Source of the DNA: Podarcis vaucheri
Lineage: Eukaryota
Reading direction: 5' to 3' (one strand)
Length of the DNA: 64,000 bases
NCBI GenBank assembly: GCA_965113315.1
Contig: OZ220364.1
The translations under genes were made by a program, and so were the position numbers. Numbering within the stretch: position 1 is the first letter of the stretch; each line of letters opens with the position of its first letter. Of this stretch, positions 38,480 to 50,652 are shown in pieces. The notes under the pieces are model-generated. The model was not told the origin of the DNA, searched no databases, and saw only the letters and a program-made list of their open reading frames with translations.

Positions 38480-38848
38480 AAAAAGACCTTCAAATTACAG
38501 CTTTCCACCATACCAGTTTGGTCGCAGCGTCAGACGTTGCTTCCCCCTCTTTATCCAAATATGTTACCAGATGCAGACTTCAGCAGCAGGCCGTGCCAGA
38601 GAGCCATGCTGCCCTAAAAACCTTAGAAGTATTGTGCTGACAGTTTCTCACTGAGAGAAAAAAACAAGTGCCTTGAAAGAAGTAAAGCGTCCAGGGAGTA
38701 ATACAGATTTCACTTGCGTATTAACTTTGAATAACCTCTTCTGCCACTTCCTACATAACTTTGAAAAGTTTTATTTTGGGCTAATGGGGATTGGAAGGTA
38801 TAGAGGAGCTTGGAATAAAAAAAAAATGTGTCCCTCCCTTTTGCCAAG

Positions 38849-38978
38849 GTCTGAGGCCAGTCTTGCCTCACGTAGAGAGCAGAAGAGAGAACAGTACCGC
38901 CAAGTGAAAGCCCATGTTCAGAAGGAAGACGGTAGAGTGCAAGCTTTTGGTTGGAGCCTTCCTCAGAAATATAAACAG
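38849..38978 (+). CDS. SPAG9: SPAG9 exon ([43 protein letters not shown])
   Basis: AAG acceptor, CAG|gtattg donor, 130 nt. Confidence 0.94.
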
Positions 38979-39167
38979 GTATTGTGTTCATCCCTGTTCA
39001 TGTGTTTTAGTTTGGGGATATTGTGGTGGCAGGTCACTGAAGGCATTTTCATTTTCAGCAAGGTGGGAAACCTGTAACCCTCCAGATTCCATCAACCTCA
39101 GCCAAAACATGGAGCTATTTAAATACCTGTGCAGAGATTATCATGCCTACAAATTGCCATATAGAAT

Positions 39168-39380
39168 TATTATTATTATTAATTAAATTTCTATACCATA
39201 CTTCATCTGAGGATCACAGGACAGTTTACAGTATAAAAACGCAAAAATGCATACTATAGAAAGGAAGAAAAATAACACACACACACCAGTTTTAAAGGCC
39301 ATAGATTGTTTAATTAGCCAAAGGCCTGGGAGAAGAGGAATGTTTTTGCCTGATGCCTAAATACATGTAATGAAGGCACC
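39168..39380 (-). mobile_element. L2-like 3' end
   Basis: Reverse-complement similarity to 3725-3920; (ATT)n tail. Confidence 0.6.
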
Positions 39381-40238
39381 ACACAAGAATAATACCTTGA
39401 CAAAGCTAAAGCAAAATTGACAATTAAAAACAGCAAGTTTGGGGCACTTTAAAGACTAGCAACTTTATTGTGGCACACACTTTTGTGGGTGACAATAATG
39501 TTAAGAGTGGCCATTCATAAAAATTAAAAAGATGTTAAAAACACAGGCATCCTGGTATTGGTAAGCCAAGTAACAAGTGTAGCGTGATAAAAATCATTTA
39601 TCTCCACAAGTTTATCAACTTGAACCTCTCATCAATTTCACATTGCAGTCTTCCTTTAAAACCAAGTATTACACAAAGCCTCCTTACAGCTCCACAGAAA
39701 ACTAAAGCATCCTTGAAAGGGTTAGAAAGGATTTTAAAAAGCCTAGCAAAATGAAGGCAGGATTAACATAGTGCAGGTATGGGACTGAGCAAAGCAGTTT
39801 AGCCCTGCATTTTGAAATTACAGGGCTGCTGCTGAAAGGAGACCTAAAACAAGGAAACTCTAAGCAGGGTCCCATCTGAACTCAGGAACCTGCATGTTGC
39901 ACAAAGGATTTCTGGTTAATAGTTGAAGGCAATTCCTTTGTGGTAATCACAAAGCGTTGGTGATCTGTGGAGCTATCATGTTTACTTGTAAAACATGTAA
40001 AACATGAAACTTTCTTAATCCTTCTTAGTAAAAGGCAGAATTTTCCCATTTAAACACAAATGCTGCTGTTCAGAAAGAACAACTAGCAATAAAAGGTCAC
40101 TGAGCTGTGGGAAGAGTGGGATGGCTTTGTGTTCAAACCTCTTTGTAATGGAATGTTGTTACTGCACATTTTTCTGAAGTTTGAGAACATGTGTGCTACC
40201 TTGCATATTTTTATGGGAAATGTTTCAAGGTCTTAAAC

Positions 40239-40559
40239 CATGGGTAGGCAAACTAAGGCCTGGGGGCCGGATCCGGCCCAATCACCTTCTAGATCCGGCC
40301 TGTGGACGGTCCAGGAATCAGCATGTTTTTATATGAGTAGAATGGGACCTTTTATTTAAAATGCATCTCTGGGTTATTTGAGGGGCCTGCCTGGTGTTTT
40401 TACATGAGTAGAATGTGTGCTTTGTTTAAAATGCATCTCTGGATTATTTGTGGGGCATAGGAATTCGTTCATTCCCCCCCAAAAAAAAATATAGTCCACC
40501 CCCACAAGGTCTGAGGGGCAGTGGACTGGCCCCCTGCTGAAAAAGTTTGCTGACCCCTG
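40239..40559. mobile_element. hAT-Charlie MITE, OC1/OposCharlie1-like
   Basis: TIRs CATGGGTAGGCAAACT / AGTTTGCTGACCCCTG; perfect TSD TCTTAAAC; internal tandem duplication. Confidence 0.85.
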
Positions 40560-40919
40560 TCTTAAACTATGATCTGCATAGATAAGTATAGCTTTAACCC
40601 CATCCCAGTCTTTGTGCATAAGGCTTTGTTTATTTTACACTCGTCCCCCCCACTCTTTTTATATTAGCTGCTGAGAAGGGCCTCTTAGCTAATCTGGCAA
40701 GATAGACTTTTAAAATTACAATACTGCCCCCCTCTGGCTTTGATCTCACTAGTGTATGACTTTAAAATGAGTGGATCTATGATTGTTCTTCCCAGACAGT
40801 CTAATATTCTGGTCATCTAAGCAAACCTATCAAATTCTGACATGGGCTTGTGACAAACTGGTCTGTAAGATGCCAGAAACGTTTTGAAGCAAAGCAAATA
40901 TTTCTTTCTCACTTTTTAG

Positions 40920-41015
40920 GTTGTAAATGGTGGTGGCCAGGGGGATAACAAAATGAAGAACTTACCTGTGCCTGTTTACCTAAGGCCACTTGATGAAAAG
41001 GATACATCCATGAAG
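40920..41015 (+). CDS. SPAG9: SPAG9 exon ([32 protein letters not shown])
   Basis: tttag acceptor, AAG|gtacac donor, 96 nt. Confidence 0.94.
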
Positions 41016-41341
41016 GTACACCTGTCTTCCTTTTTCTCCAGTTCCTATTTTCAAATAAAGAATGCCCCATTAGTGATTTTTAGATGAGGCCTAATTCAGC
41101 ACGAGCAAGTTATATCCTTTTTAGGTTCTGAGCAACGCCTAGTTTAATTTAAATTGCAGGTGCTTAATAAATACTTTTGAGAAACTCTGGTTTTTAAATA
41201 TTGTCATATTGTTATTTCCCTAAAAGCATAATGTATGATAGGGTACAAACAAATGTTTGCTGTCTTTTTACGTCTTATAAAAAGACATGAGAACCAGGTT
41301 TTCCCAGTGGGTTTTTATAAAGTTCACTTGTTGTTTTGTAG

Positions 41342-41509
41342 CTTTGGTGTGCTGTAGGAGTTAATTTATCGGGAGGGAAGACAAGAGATGGCGGTTCAGT
41401 GGTTGGTGCCAGTGTGTTCTACAACGATGTGACGACTCTAGATGCAGAGAGCAACAAACAGAGGAGTGCATCACAGAGTAGCTTGGATAGATTAGATCAA
41501 GAACTCAAG
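41342..41509 (+). CDS. SPAG9: SPAG9 exon (LWCAVGVNLSGGKTRDGG...LDQELK)
   Basis: gtag acceptor, AAG|gtaagg donor, 168 nt. Confidence 0.95.
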
Positions 41510-42251
41510 GTAAGGTCAGAGGTATAATCAAAATGTGAAACTGTTTGCAAATCTATTAACACTTCAAGAAAATAGAAAACTTCAATATTGTGTTCATAAT
41601 TCAATAATTATGGCATGATTCGTTCAAAAACATTTTGGTGCCTGCTCATGAACAAGAACCAGTCTTTGCTTGCTAGTTCGCTAGTCTTCATTAGACCCCA
41701 GATTTCCATGGAAAAACATTCATTTGCTTTTACAGCACGTTTTGTATTGTATCCGTCCATCTAGCTCTAGGTTCCATTAGATGCTTCTTGGTTCCAAAGC
41801 TTTTATAGTGGCCAGGTGGAGCATTTGGAGAAGACGAAAAAATCTAGTTCCACAAGACCAACATGTTTATGGCGTGACAGAAAACTTGCCTGTTCGGTTT
41901 AGTTCATGAAAGTGTATTTTGCATAGCTATGAAAATAATGGGGGGGAGTTTGTGTGTAAAACTACCTGCAACACTCCTGGTATTTAGTAATTCTGGTTGC
42001 TTATTCGTCTGTATTTGTAGGAAATGCATGTAGCAATTCACAATGTGATTCTCTCCCACCCCCCACCAAATAAAAATGAGGTTGAACCAGTAAACTAGTA
42101 AACTCTAAAATGACACTGTGACCCAGTTGGCTAAGCCCAGTGATGGCTTCAGATGATCAGGCAAACATGAGGGTTTCCTAGCAGAGAATATTGTGGCTGT
42201 AGTGCTCCTCCCGCCATCCGGCTGGTGCCTTGCTTCCCAGGGCTAAACCAG

Positions 42252-42504
42252 GGAGGAGGAGGAGGAGGAGGAGTTTGGATTTGATATCCCGCTTTATCAC
42301 TACCCGAAGGAGTCTCAAAGCGGCTAACATTCTCCTTTCCCTTCCTCCCTCACAACAAACACTCTGTGAGGTGAGTGGGGCTGAGAGACTTCAGAGAAGT
42401 GTGACTAGCCCAAGGTCACCCAGCAGCTGCATGTGGAGGAGCGGAGATGCGAACCCGGTTCCCCAGATTACGAGACTACCGCTCTTAACCACTACACCAC
42501 ACTG
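42252..42504 (-). mobile_element. tRNA-derived CORE/MIR-like SINE (Squam3-like)
   Basis: Reverse strand CCAGTGTGGTGTAGTGGTTAAGAGC A-box and GGTTCGCATC B-box; (CTC)n tail. Confidence 0.75.
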
Positions 42505-42831
42505 GGATTGTTTTCATCATTGCAAGGCTAGTTGTCTCACTTCAGACAAACTACAAACTGTAACCGAGGCTTGTTCTTGGTTGTGGGCAGTTTGTTTGAT
42601 GGAAAGCAGTTGTCAGCCTGGGTTTGGACATAACCTTGGCAGGATCATGGCATAGCTCTGAGTAGCGCAGTAGAACGAGGGGAAGAGTTCAGTAGTCTTA
42701 ATCTTCTTTCTGGGAAACCCACACCTTTGCTCATTCACACTAATACATGGTTTAGGTTAGTGTTATATGCAAACTAGCCCTGCATATTGTGTAATGTTTA
42801 CTTTGATTGGTCTTGGTTTCCGCCTACACAG

Positions 42832-43003
42832 GACCAGCAGAAAGAGCTGAGAAACCAGGAAGAATTGTCAAGCCTTGTGTGGATCTGTACTAGCACCCAC
42901 TCTGCTACAAAAGTCATCATTGTAGATGCCAACCAGCCAGGAAACATCCTTGACAGTTTCATTGTTTGTAATTCTCATGTGCTTTGTATAGCTAGTGTAC
43001 CAG
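42832..43003 (+). CDS. SPAG9: SPAG9 exon (DQQKELRNQEELSSLVWICTS...CIASVP)
   Basis: acag acceptor, CAG|gtaaga donor, 172 nt. Confidence 0.95.
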
Positions 43004-43598
43004 GTAAGAGACTCAGGTGAGGGGGGCAATTACTTGAGTTAACATGGGTTTGCTTCTGTCTGTTTTGGAACTGCTGTTAAAATTCAGCTGGGCAGTAAGC
43101 CTTTTTCAGGTAGTCATAATGTGTATAAATTGGCCAGTAAACTCCAAGTCAATTCAGGTTTTGCTATGGATTGTTACTGAGCAACCTGATTCGTTCAAAA
43201 TGTGGCTAAGCCATGATTTGTTTAACTTCCAACTTTTTTTGTACATCAGACAAAACAAGCTGCAACAACTTCGCTATGATCCGTAAGGTTAAGCCTGGTT
43301 TCTTTAACCAACTATGGTTAAAACAAACAAATGTGCATTACCTGCAAGAACAACCAAGGAGTAACTTGCTATGTAAAGTGTGAAAGCCCTCCATTTAATG
43401 TCTGAGGGTAGAATATAACATAGTGCTAAGTCCTGTGTTCTGTCAGCACAAGAATTTCTGCTTGTGCAATGGTGCATTCTCCCCTATCCCCCTAAACCAG
43501 TTTTAGGCTTCACCCAACCCTCAGGAACAGATTTGGGGAGGGTGTGGGGAGGAGGGGGGGACGTCTGGTTGCGTAAGTGGAAATCCTTATTGCATAGC

Positions 43599-43599
<1 letters not shown>

Positions 43600-43641
<42 letters not shown>
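43600..43641. repeat. (AAT)n microsatellite
   Basis: Direct reading. Confidence 0.95.
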
Positions 43642-43642
<1 letters not shown>

Positions 43643-44351
43643 TGTACCCCACCCTCCTCTGAGCAGCTAACATCATATAAATAATACAATATGCATAAAA
43701 ATAATCAATCAATCCTGCCCTGTATTTTTAAAAGAAGCTAATAATTGCTGCTATAGGTAGACAAATATATACTTAATTTACATTATTTATTTAGGAGTTT
43801 TTGGTGGTGCTATTACATTGTGTTATATACAGAGTCTTTTATCTGCACCTGTGTCTGAAGCCCTAACTCCATTAAAGCAGTGCTGTAAATTCTTCCTAAG
43901 AAGCTTATATGAAATGGTTTTAGTCATGTCATCGCTGCACCAACAATTAAAACCTTTGCTGTCAGAAATGCTTCTTTGTTTTGGCTGTTCAAAACAAGTA
44001 GAATCCTAGTAACTAGACAAGTTCAACAAGTATGTTTTAGGAACTCTCCCTTTTATTTCTGAACACTAAGAATTAATTGCTTTGTTTGTACCTTTTACAT
44101 CATAGCAACCATACATATAACAATTCCCTCTTCTTAATGCCTGTTTTCAAATCTACTTCTGACTCGTTCTTATATTTCACTGAAATCTGGTGGGTAAGCT
44201 ATGTGATGGCATGCATTAGCTTTGATAGATTTTGTGTTACGATACACATGACAGCAAATTGCAAATATTTTATGAAAACCACCAACCCGCAAAGGGTACT
44301 GAAAAGTTAACTATCCAAGGTACTGAATGAAACCTTACATTTTTGTTTCAG

Positions 44352-44579
44352 GAGCCCGCGAAACTGACTATCCTACAGGAGAAGAAGGGTCACAAGAACT
44401 GGACTCTGGTCTGGTAGACAAATCATCCTTGTCTGGCAGTATGAATAGCAACAGCTCAGCAGAAACAGACAGTCTTTTAGGAGGAATCACAGTAGTTGGT
44501 TGTACAGCAGAGGGTATTACAGGGCCTTCTGCTGTCCACAGTGCCAATGGTGCCTCCCCCGAGACAAATAAACAGCCAG
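44352..44579 (+). CDS. SPAG9: SPAG9 exon (ARETDYPTGEE...ETNKQP)
   Basis: ttcag acceptor, CAG|gtatga donor, 228 nt. Confidence 0.94.
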
Positions 44580-45074
44580 GTATGAAAACATTCACAATTT
44601 TTATTCAAAATGTAGTTTGTTGCAGCATGGAAAATTGTTGAGTTATCGCATTTTAAAATGGAAGCAAAAACTTTCAGATCTCCTTGCAGGGAGGAAAGAT
44701 GGTTTACCGGAGAGTGACCAAGCATGAAGCTCTTTCACATAATGCTTTTATCGTATAGTTTAGTGTTGCATCCAAACATGGCCTGTTTGTCCGAAGGAGA
44801 AGCCTTGCACTTCTTCTAAGTGATAACCACAGGGTTAATTATAATTGAGCCTCTTCACACCTCCATCTATCCATCCATCCAGGGGATGTAAAAGTATATA
44901 ATTAGTAGCAGACAACATGCTTGTAGTCCATTTGAGCTTATTAATGCAACATGCTGATTTGTTACAGAAGAAAGTGTGTTCTTTGTAGCAGGGATGGAGC
45001 ATACATAATACAATGATGCCGCTTAGCAAACAGACTTGACACAGACTAATTCTGCCACTTGGCCATTCTACATA

Positions 45075-45285
45075 CAGTGAGGGGGGAAAGTATTTGATCC
45101 CCTGCTAAATTTGCCCTCTGATGAAGAAATGACCAGTCCATAATTTTAATGGTAGGTTTATTGTTAGCTGTGAGAGAGAGAATAACAACAAAAAAGCCCC
45201 AGAAACCCAAAAGGTCAGAGATTGATGTGCATTATAATGAGTGAAATAAGTATTAGATCCCCTATCAACCAGCCAGATGTCACTG
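45075..45285. mobile_element. Internally deleted IR/DR-type Tc1 element
   Basis: TA-CAGTGA...TCACTG-TA; direct repeats AAGTATTWGATCCCCT at 45088 and 45248. Confidence 0.75.
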
Positions 45286-45446
45286 TACATCACCTTATCT
45301 TCTCAGTTTAGATATGTCTCTCCTGTATAAAAAACAAAAAGGAACGTAGAAAGAACCAAAGGAGTGACTCATTAGGGCACACATTTTCATGCATGCTTTC
45401 TTGTAGTAAGGGACTGAGTGACCTATAACTGAAAAATGTACCTTAG

Positions 45447-45642
45447 ACGTTTCAGCTGAGAATGATGCAGTGGACGAGAACATTCAGACGGCAGAGGAAG
45501 CGACCGAGGCGACGGAAGTCAATGCTGGCTCAGGAGAAGAAGCTGCAGATATTGCACAAACTGGAGTCTACACAGAACATGTCTTCACAGATCCTTTGGG
45601 AGTTCAGGACACCGTAGAGGGTTCTCCAGCGTTTCAGCCTAG
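45447..45642 (+). CDS. SPAG9: SPAG9 exon (VSAENDAVDENIQTAEEATEAT...PAFQP)
   Basis: cttag acceptor (in-frame alternative start at 45456), AG|gtatgc donor, 196 nt. Confidence 0.9.
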
Positions 45643-45856
45643 GTATGCCCCCCTTTGCATGAACAGAAAAGGAGTAGTAAGGGCAGAAAGAGATTATACT
45701 GCATTTCTAATGACAAATGTGTTAACATTTTGTGGTACTGAGCTCCCAAATTTAAATTGGAATTGCTAGAATGTGCAGACTAAGTAAAGGAGTATTGAAA
45801 CAAGCCTAGTGTACTTTGTGTACTTTTTAACCATTTGACTTTCCCCTTCCTCTCAG

Positions 45857-45979
45857 CAACGAGTCAGATTTGTATAAGGATGTTGCCGTATTGCCAAATG
45901 AGCAGGATCTCGTAAGAGAAGAAGCACAGAAAATGAGCAGCCTTTTGCCAACAATGTGGCTTGGAGCCCAGAATGGATG
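45857..45979 (+). CDS. SPAG9: SPAG9 exon (NESDLYKD...KMSSLLPTMWLGAQNG)
   Basis: ctcag acceptor, TG|gtaaac donor, 123 nt. Confidence 0.94.
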
Positions 45980-46274
45980 GTAAACCAAGAACCTTAATTC
46001 CAAACTATTTCACTAATAGAAATGTGTCTAGTGATCAGTTCAGTTTTTTCCTTTTCTGAGGCTGGTAAATAAACTCTCTTTTTAAAAAAAAAAAAAAAAT
46101 GAAACCTCAACCTTGAAATTTGCTCTGAATTACAGATTCAGGTGAGATTTTTAAACAATTAACACCGATGATTGACTAAGCCCCAATTAATCTTGTCACC
46201 CAGTCATCTGCATATTCAGTCAGTGATGTGAGACTCAGCCAAGTAACTTAAAGCTGACACTTGAAAGTGGGAGG

Positions 46275-46417
46275 TCACGCATGCACAGACGCACAAAATA
46301 ACGTCATGCGCATGCACAGAAGTGGCGATTCACGACACACGTAGATGTAGGTTGCATTCTGCTCATGTTGAGAATGGGCCTTTGGAATGGATCCTGTTCG
46401 CACCAGAGGTACCACTG
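46275..46417. mobile_element. Truncated Tigger-like MITE (right TIR only)
   Basis: Ends GAGGTACCACTG-TA; left boundary approximate. Confidence 0.55.
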
Positions 46418-47459
46418 TAGTTATACAGAAGATTTAAAAGCAGAGCAGCAGCTAAAACCAATTTCTGGTAAAAGAAGGCAGGGGGGACTTAAAAAACAGT
46501 CCTCCACTCTATGATTTACATTTCTGTCCCACCATTCCCCCCAAAGGAGTCCAGTGAGCCTGCCTGAGGAGAGCATTAGGTAAATTAGAGCACCACTGTC
46601 AGAAAGGCAATTTTCTTGGGTTGCCGCCTGCATAACTTTTGACAGGAAGCACTCGGAGAAGGGCCCCCGGCAACAGTCTTAAAGCATGGTGGATATTTAC
46701 TGTTGCCTGTCTCATCCCTGCCTCCCTCCAAAAGCCCAGGATAGAAGGCTTTGCCGCAAGCCTAATTGCAACAGGGATAGGATGGGTTTGGAGGTTAGCT
46801 CTCCCCTAGCTAGCTGTGATACACACCCCTGCCGCCACCCCCTGTTGAAAATGTCCCTGCCACAAGTAGACTTGAAATAAACCTTCTTCTTGGCACTTTG
46901 TCCCATTCCCTTCTGCAGTTAGATTCGGAAATTGATTCCAATTAAAGGCTTTGTTCAAGTCTAATTGTAGTGTGAGAGGGAATGAATGTAAGAGGGAGGG
47001 AGGGTTGGAGAGAGAGATCTTTCAGGAAGATCGCACCACTTCCATCCTGTTAGGCCTGAAAAAAGCTATAGCATTTTTGTCCAGCCCTAATTGCTGATGG
47101 CAGGGGCTAATGTGCATGTGGTGCCCACAACAATTTATCAAGTTCCCAAATGTGCCCGCTATGTCAAAAGGGTTTGTGGCCTCAGTAAAGGTCTTTAAAG
47201 GTAAGCACTAGCATTTTGAATTAAATGATCCATTAGCTACTGACAGCAAGTTTAGATTCCTGAAAAGGGCACCAGCAAAGCTGAACAGAATTAAGCTACT
47301 GAAATAACCTAATTCAGGCTGGGCAAAGCAATATTGTTTAAGCCAACTTGTGATTTATTTACTTTTAAGCTAACAGCTATAAACAATACTGCCATTTTTA
47401 AATGCTAATATGGATTTTGGAATATTGGATTTTTAATTAATCTGACTTTATCGTTGCAG

Positions 47460-47540
47460 CTTATATGTTCATTCTTCAGTGGCTCAGTGGAGAAAATGTG
47501 TTCATGCAATTAAACTTAAAGATTCTATACTCAGTATAGT
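47460..47540 (+). CDS. SPAG9: SPAG9 exon ([26 protein letters not shown])
   Basis: tgcag acceptor, GT|gtaagt donor, 81 nt. Confidence 0.94.
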
Positions 47541-48483
47541 GTAAGTTTCTATAAAATTAATTTTTTCCCCATAATGATATTCACATTTCTGTAGTTTAAA
47601 ATGGAGTTAGCTGAGTAGAAAATAATTACACTAAAAATAGCTTCTGTGAAATGCTGGTTCAGAAAAGTTTGGGGGTTTTTTTGGAGGGGGGTTTGAAGAA
47701 GAGAATGGCACATTGGGAATTGTCAGCAAGAAAATAGAAAGTGATGTATTTGTTGGCAATCATAAAGCTGTCATTGATGATCCTTCAAGGAATGTTTGTA
47801 GCTGGGATGTCACACCCACTGAAAGCTAGGAGGGAAAAGTGTGCAAGCAAATTTTCCCACAGTCTTTAAGTAATATTGCTGGTTGAGCAGGACAATCTAT
47901 GAGCAGAGATAGGTTCACAAAAATCTATCTTCCCACATCACAAGCATGAAATGTTGCTGTGGGAGTCCCCCCCCCCCCAAAAAAAAAATAAATTACTGAT
48001 ACCTGTTCTAGGGTATGTCCTGTGTGATCCTACATTGCATGAGCATGCGGTTGGGTTTTTGTTTGTTTGTTCATCTCCTTCAGTGGTTTGTACCATAGCT
48101 TGGGGAGGAAGGCGCTTTTGTAGTGGCCAAGCGTATTGTCTTATAAAATAGGAAACTCAATAAATCTTCTCCTGCTCTGAAATAGTTTACTGAGGTTCTT
48201 TGGGGCTTGGTTAAGAGATAAAACAATGGCTTAAAAGACCATGAATAAATATTATTACCATGTCTTCGTATGCTAATTAGGATAACAATTTCAGTTGAGT
48301 CTCATTTATATGTGAAGTTTAGACAGATGGCATGCACTGATCGCCTGTTAGGGAGAGGGTGCCAACATAGGATGTGTTTGTTTTTGTGTGTAGTGTTGAC
48401 AGGGCTTAATGAGCACAACAATCTATTACTATGGTCAGAGTTTCCTCATAATAATATACATTTTCCCTTTCTTTCTTTTCTAG

Positions 48484-48551
48484 ACATGTAAAAGGAATAG
48501 TATTAGTTGCACTAGCAGATGGAACTTTAGCAATATTTCACAGAGGAGTAG
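48484..48551 (+). CDS. SPAG9: SPAG9 exon (HVKGIVLVALADGTLAIFHRGV)
   Basis: tctag acceptor, G|gtaagc donor, 68 nt. Confidence 0.94.
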
Positions 48552-48728
48552 GTAAGCTTTCTATTTATACACCCTAGAACTGTCACATATTTATATGTCT
48601 GGTCTGCTTCTAAAATGTGGATACGTTGCTTCTAAAATATGGATACATTGCAGACCTTTACAGATCATCTGCTCAGTGGGAAATCTTGTAATTCTTGGGA
48701 TAATATTGACCAAAAAATGAAGTCCTCC

Positions 48729-48730
48729 AT

Positions 48731-48768
<38 letters not shown>

Positions 48769-48803
48769 TTACTACTATTACCACCACCATCATCATCACC
48801 ATC
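48729..48803. repeat. Compound (TAC)n/(CAC)n/(CAT)n microsatellite
   Basis: Direct reading. Confidence 0.9.
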
Positions 48804-49638
48804 AATTTATTTATTTCTACCCCACCCTTTTCTCTGATGGGACTCAATGTAGCTTTATTCCATCTCCAAGTAGTATAAAGAGCCATCAAGAATGTTGACT
48901 TCCCTCTCTTCCCATTCATCTCTGTTCCCCTTAAAATATGCGGCTTCATTGCGGGCTTCATACTTGCAGTCCTTTGGATAGCCTGGTGCTGTTTTCACTG
49001 CTGTCCTGTGCATGAGCAATGGATGGGTAGAGGCTCATTTGCCTGTGTGTAGCATCCTTTTAGGAACTGATGCGCCGTAGAGCACGTTGAGGATACCTAA
49101 ATGTGAAGGTATCTCTTTTGCTTGTTTGTGTTCAAATAGATCTGAACTATTGCCTTATGTACAAGTCAGTGTGTCATGATTTCTAAACATCCACTGTTCT
49201 GTGGGTGGTATTGCTGTTTTGGGTTTATTTTGCCTATCAGAGCACTTGAATGCCTATAAAGAATACGCCACATAGCTTAAATGAGTATTCCTTGAATGTA
49301 AGGCATGGGTGTCTGGGCATTTATTCTTTGTCACCCTTCCTGCGTTTGGTGCTACCCAGATGTTTTTGCGCTGCAACTTCTATCTGCCACAGATAGCGGT
49401 CAGAATTGATAGAAGTTGTGACCTGAAACATCTTGAGGGCAGGTTGACAGAGGCTTCTTTATGCCATTATGGATTTTATCTGTTCCCTATACAGTTATGG
49501 ATTTGAATAATGGAAAATAAGTGAATAGAAATGTAGTAGTATACCTATTTTAGTCATGTACACAAATTAACATTTGCAGACAAGGTTTGCTCATCCCCTT
49601 AATAATTTCTTCTTCTTCCTCTTCTTCTTCTTCTTCAG

Positions 49639-49787
49639 ATGGGCAATGGGACTTGACAAACTATCACCTTCTAGATTTGGGCCGACCTCACCATTCAATC
49701 CGGTGTATGACTGTGGTACACGATAAAGTCTGGTGCGGCTACAGAAACAAAATTTATGTGGTTCAGCCGAAAGCCATGAAAATAGAG
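49639..49787 (+). CDS. SPAG9: SPAG9 exon ([22 protein letters not shown]...AMKIE)
   Basis: (TCT)n-cag acceptor, non-canonical GAG|gcaagt donor, 149 nt. Confidence 0.94.
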
Positions 49788-50173
49788 GCAAGTTAAAGCA
49801 ACCATTTAAAATTGGTGAATAATCAGGGAGAACTCATTTAGAAGAAAGGAGGTTAAGTAGGAAATGAGATTATATGGCATAAAGAGAACATCTATGAAGG
49901 CCAAGCAAGCAGGATCATAAGTTATACATGACCATAAATATGTGAAAAATCACTGTCAGAAGATAGCCATTAGTAAATATTGCTAATTCAGTAGATTTAC
50001 CTTTGATCCATTGAAGGACGGCTGGAGGAGATCACAGGGGGCTCACAGGATCAATTTTTTTTTTAAAAGCAGATTTTAGAGCACTGATGCATACTAAACA
50101 AAAGAGCCATTGCCGATCCTCTCTTAACAGTGTTACTGAGAGGGGGGGGGGGAAAGATGTGATCTTATTTTAT

Positions 50174-50378
50174 TACAGATAGGTAGCCGTGTTGGTCTGC
50201 CATAGTCAAAATAAAAAAATTCCTTCCAGTAGCACCTTAAAGACCAACTAAGTTAGTTCTTGGTATGAGCTTTCGTGTGCATGGTATCTGAAGAAGTGTG
50301 CATGCACACGAAAGCTCATACCAAGAACTAACTTAGTTGGTCTTTAAGGTGCTACTGGAAGGAATTTTTTTATTTTGA
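50174..50378. mobile_element. Penelope-like relic forming a perfect 78-bp inverted repeat
   Basis: Arms 50206-50283 and 50301-50378; flanking duplication GATCTTATTTTAT; family call from recall of squamate Penelope ends. Confidence 0.7.
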
Positions 50379-50445
50379 TCTTATTTTATCTTAGTAATGT
50401 GTAAACTGGAGGCATTGGAGAAGTATTTTATTATGCATTCCTTAA

Positions 50446-50652
<207 letters not shown>

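Noticed and set aside
40724-40738. Second CTCF-like motif on the minus strand
   Set aside because: Two mismatches in the core; too weak
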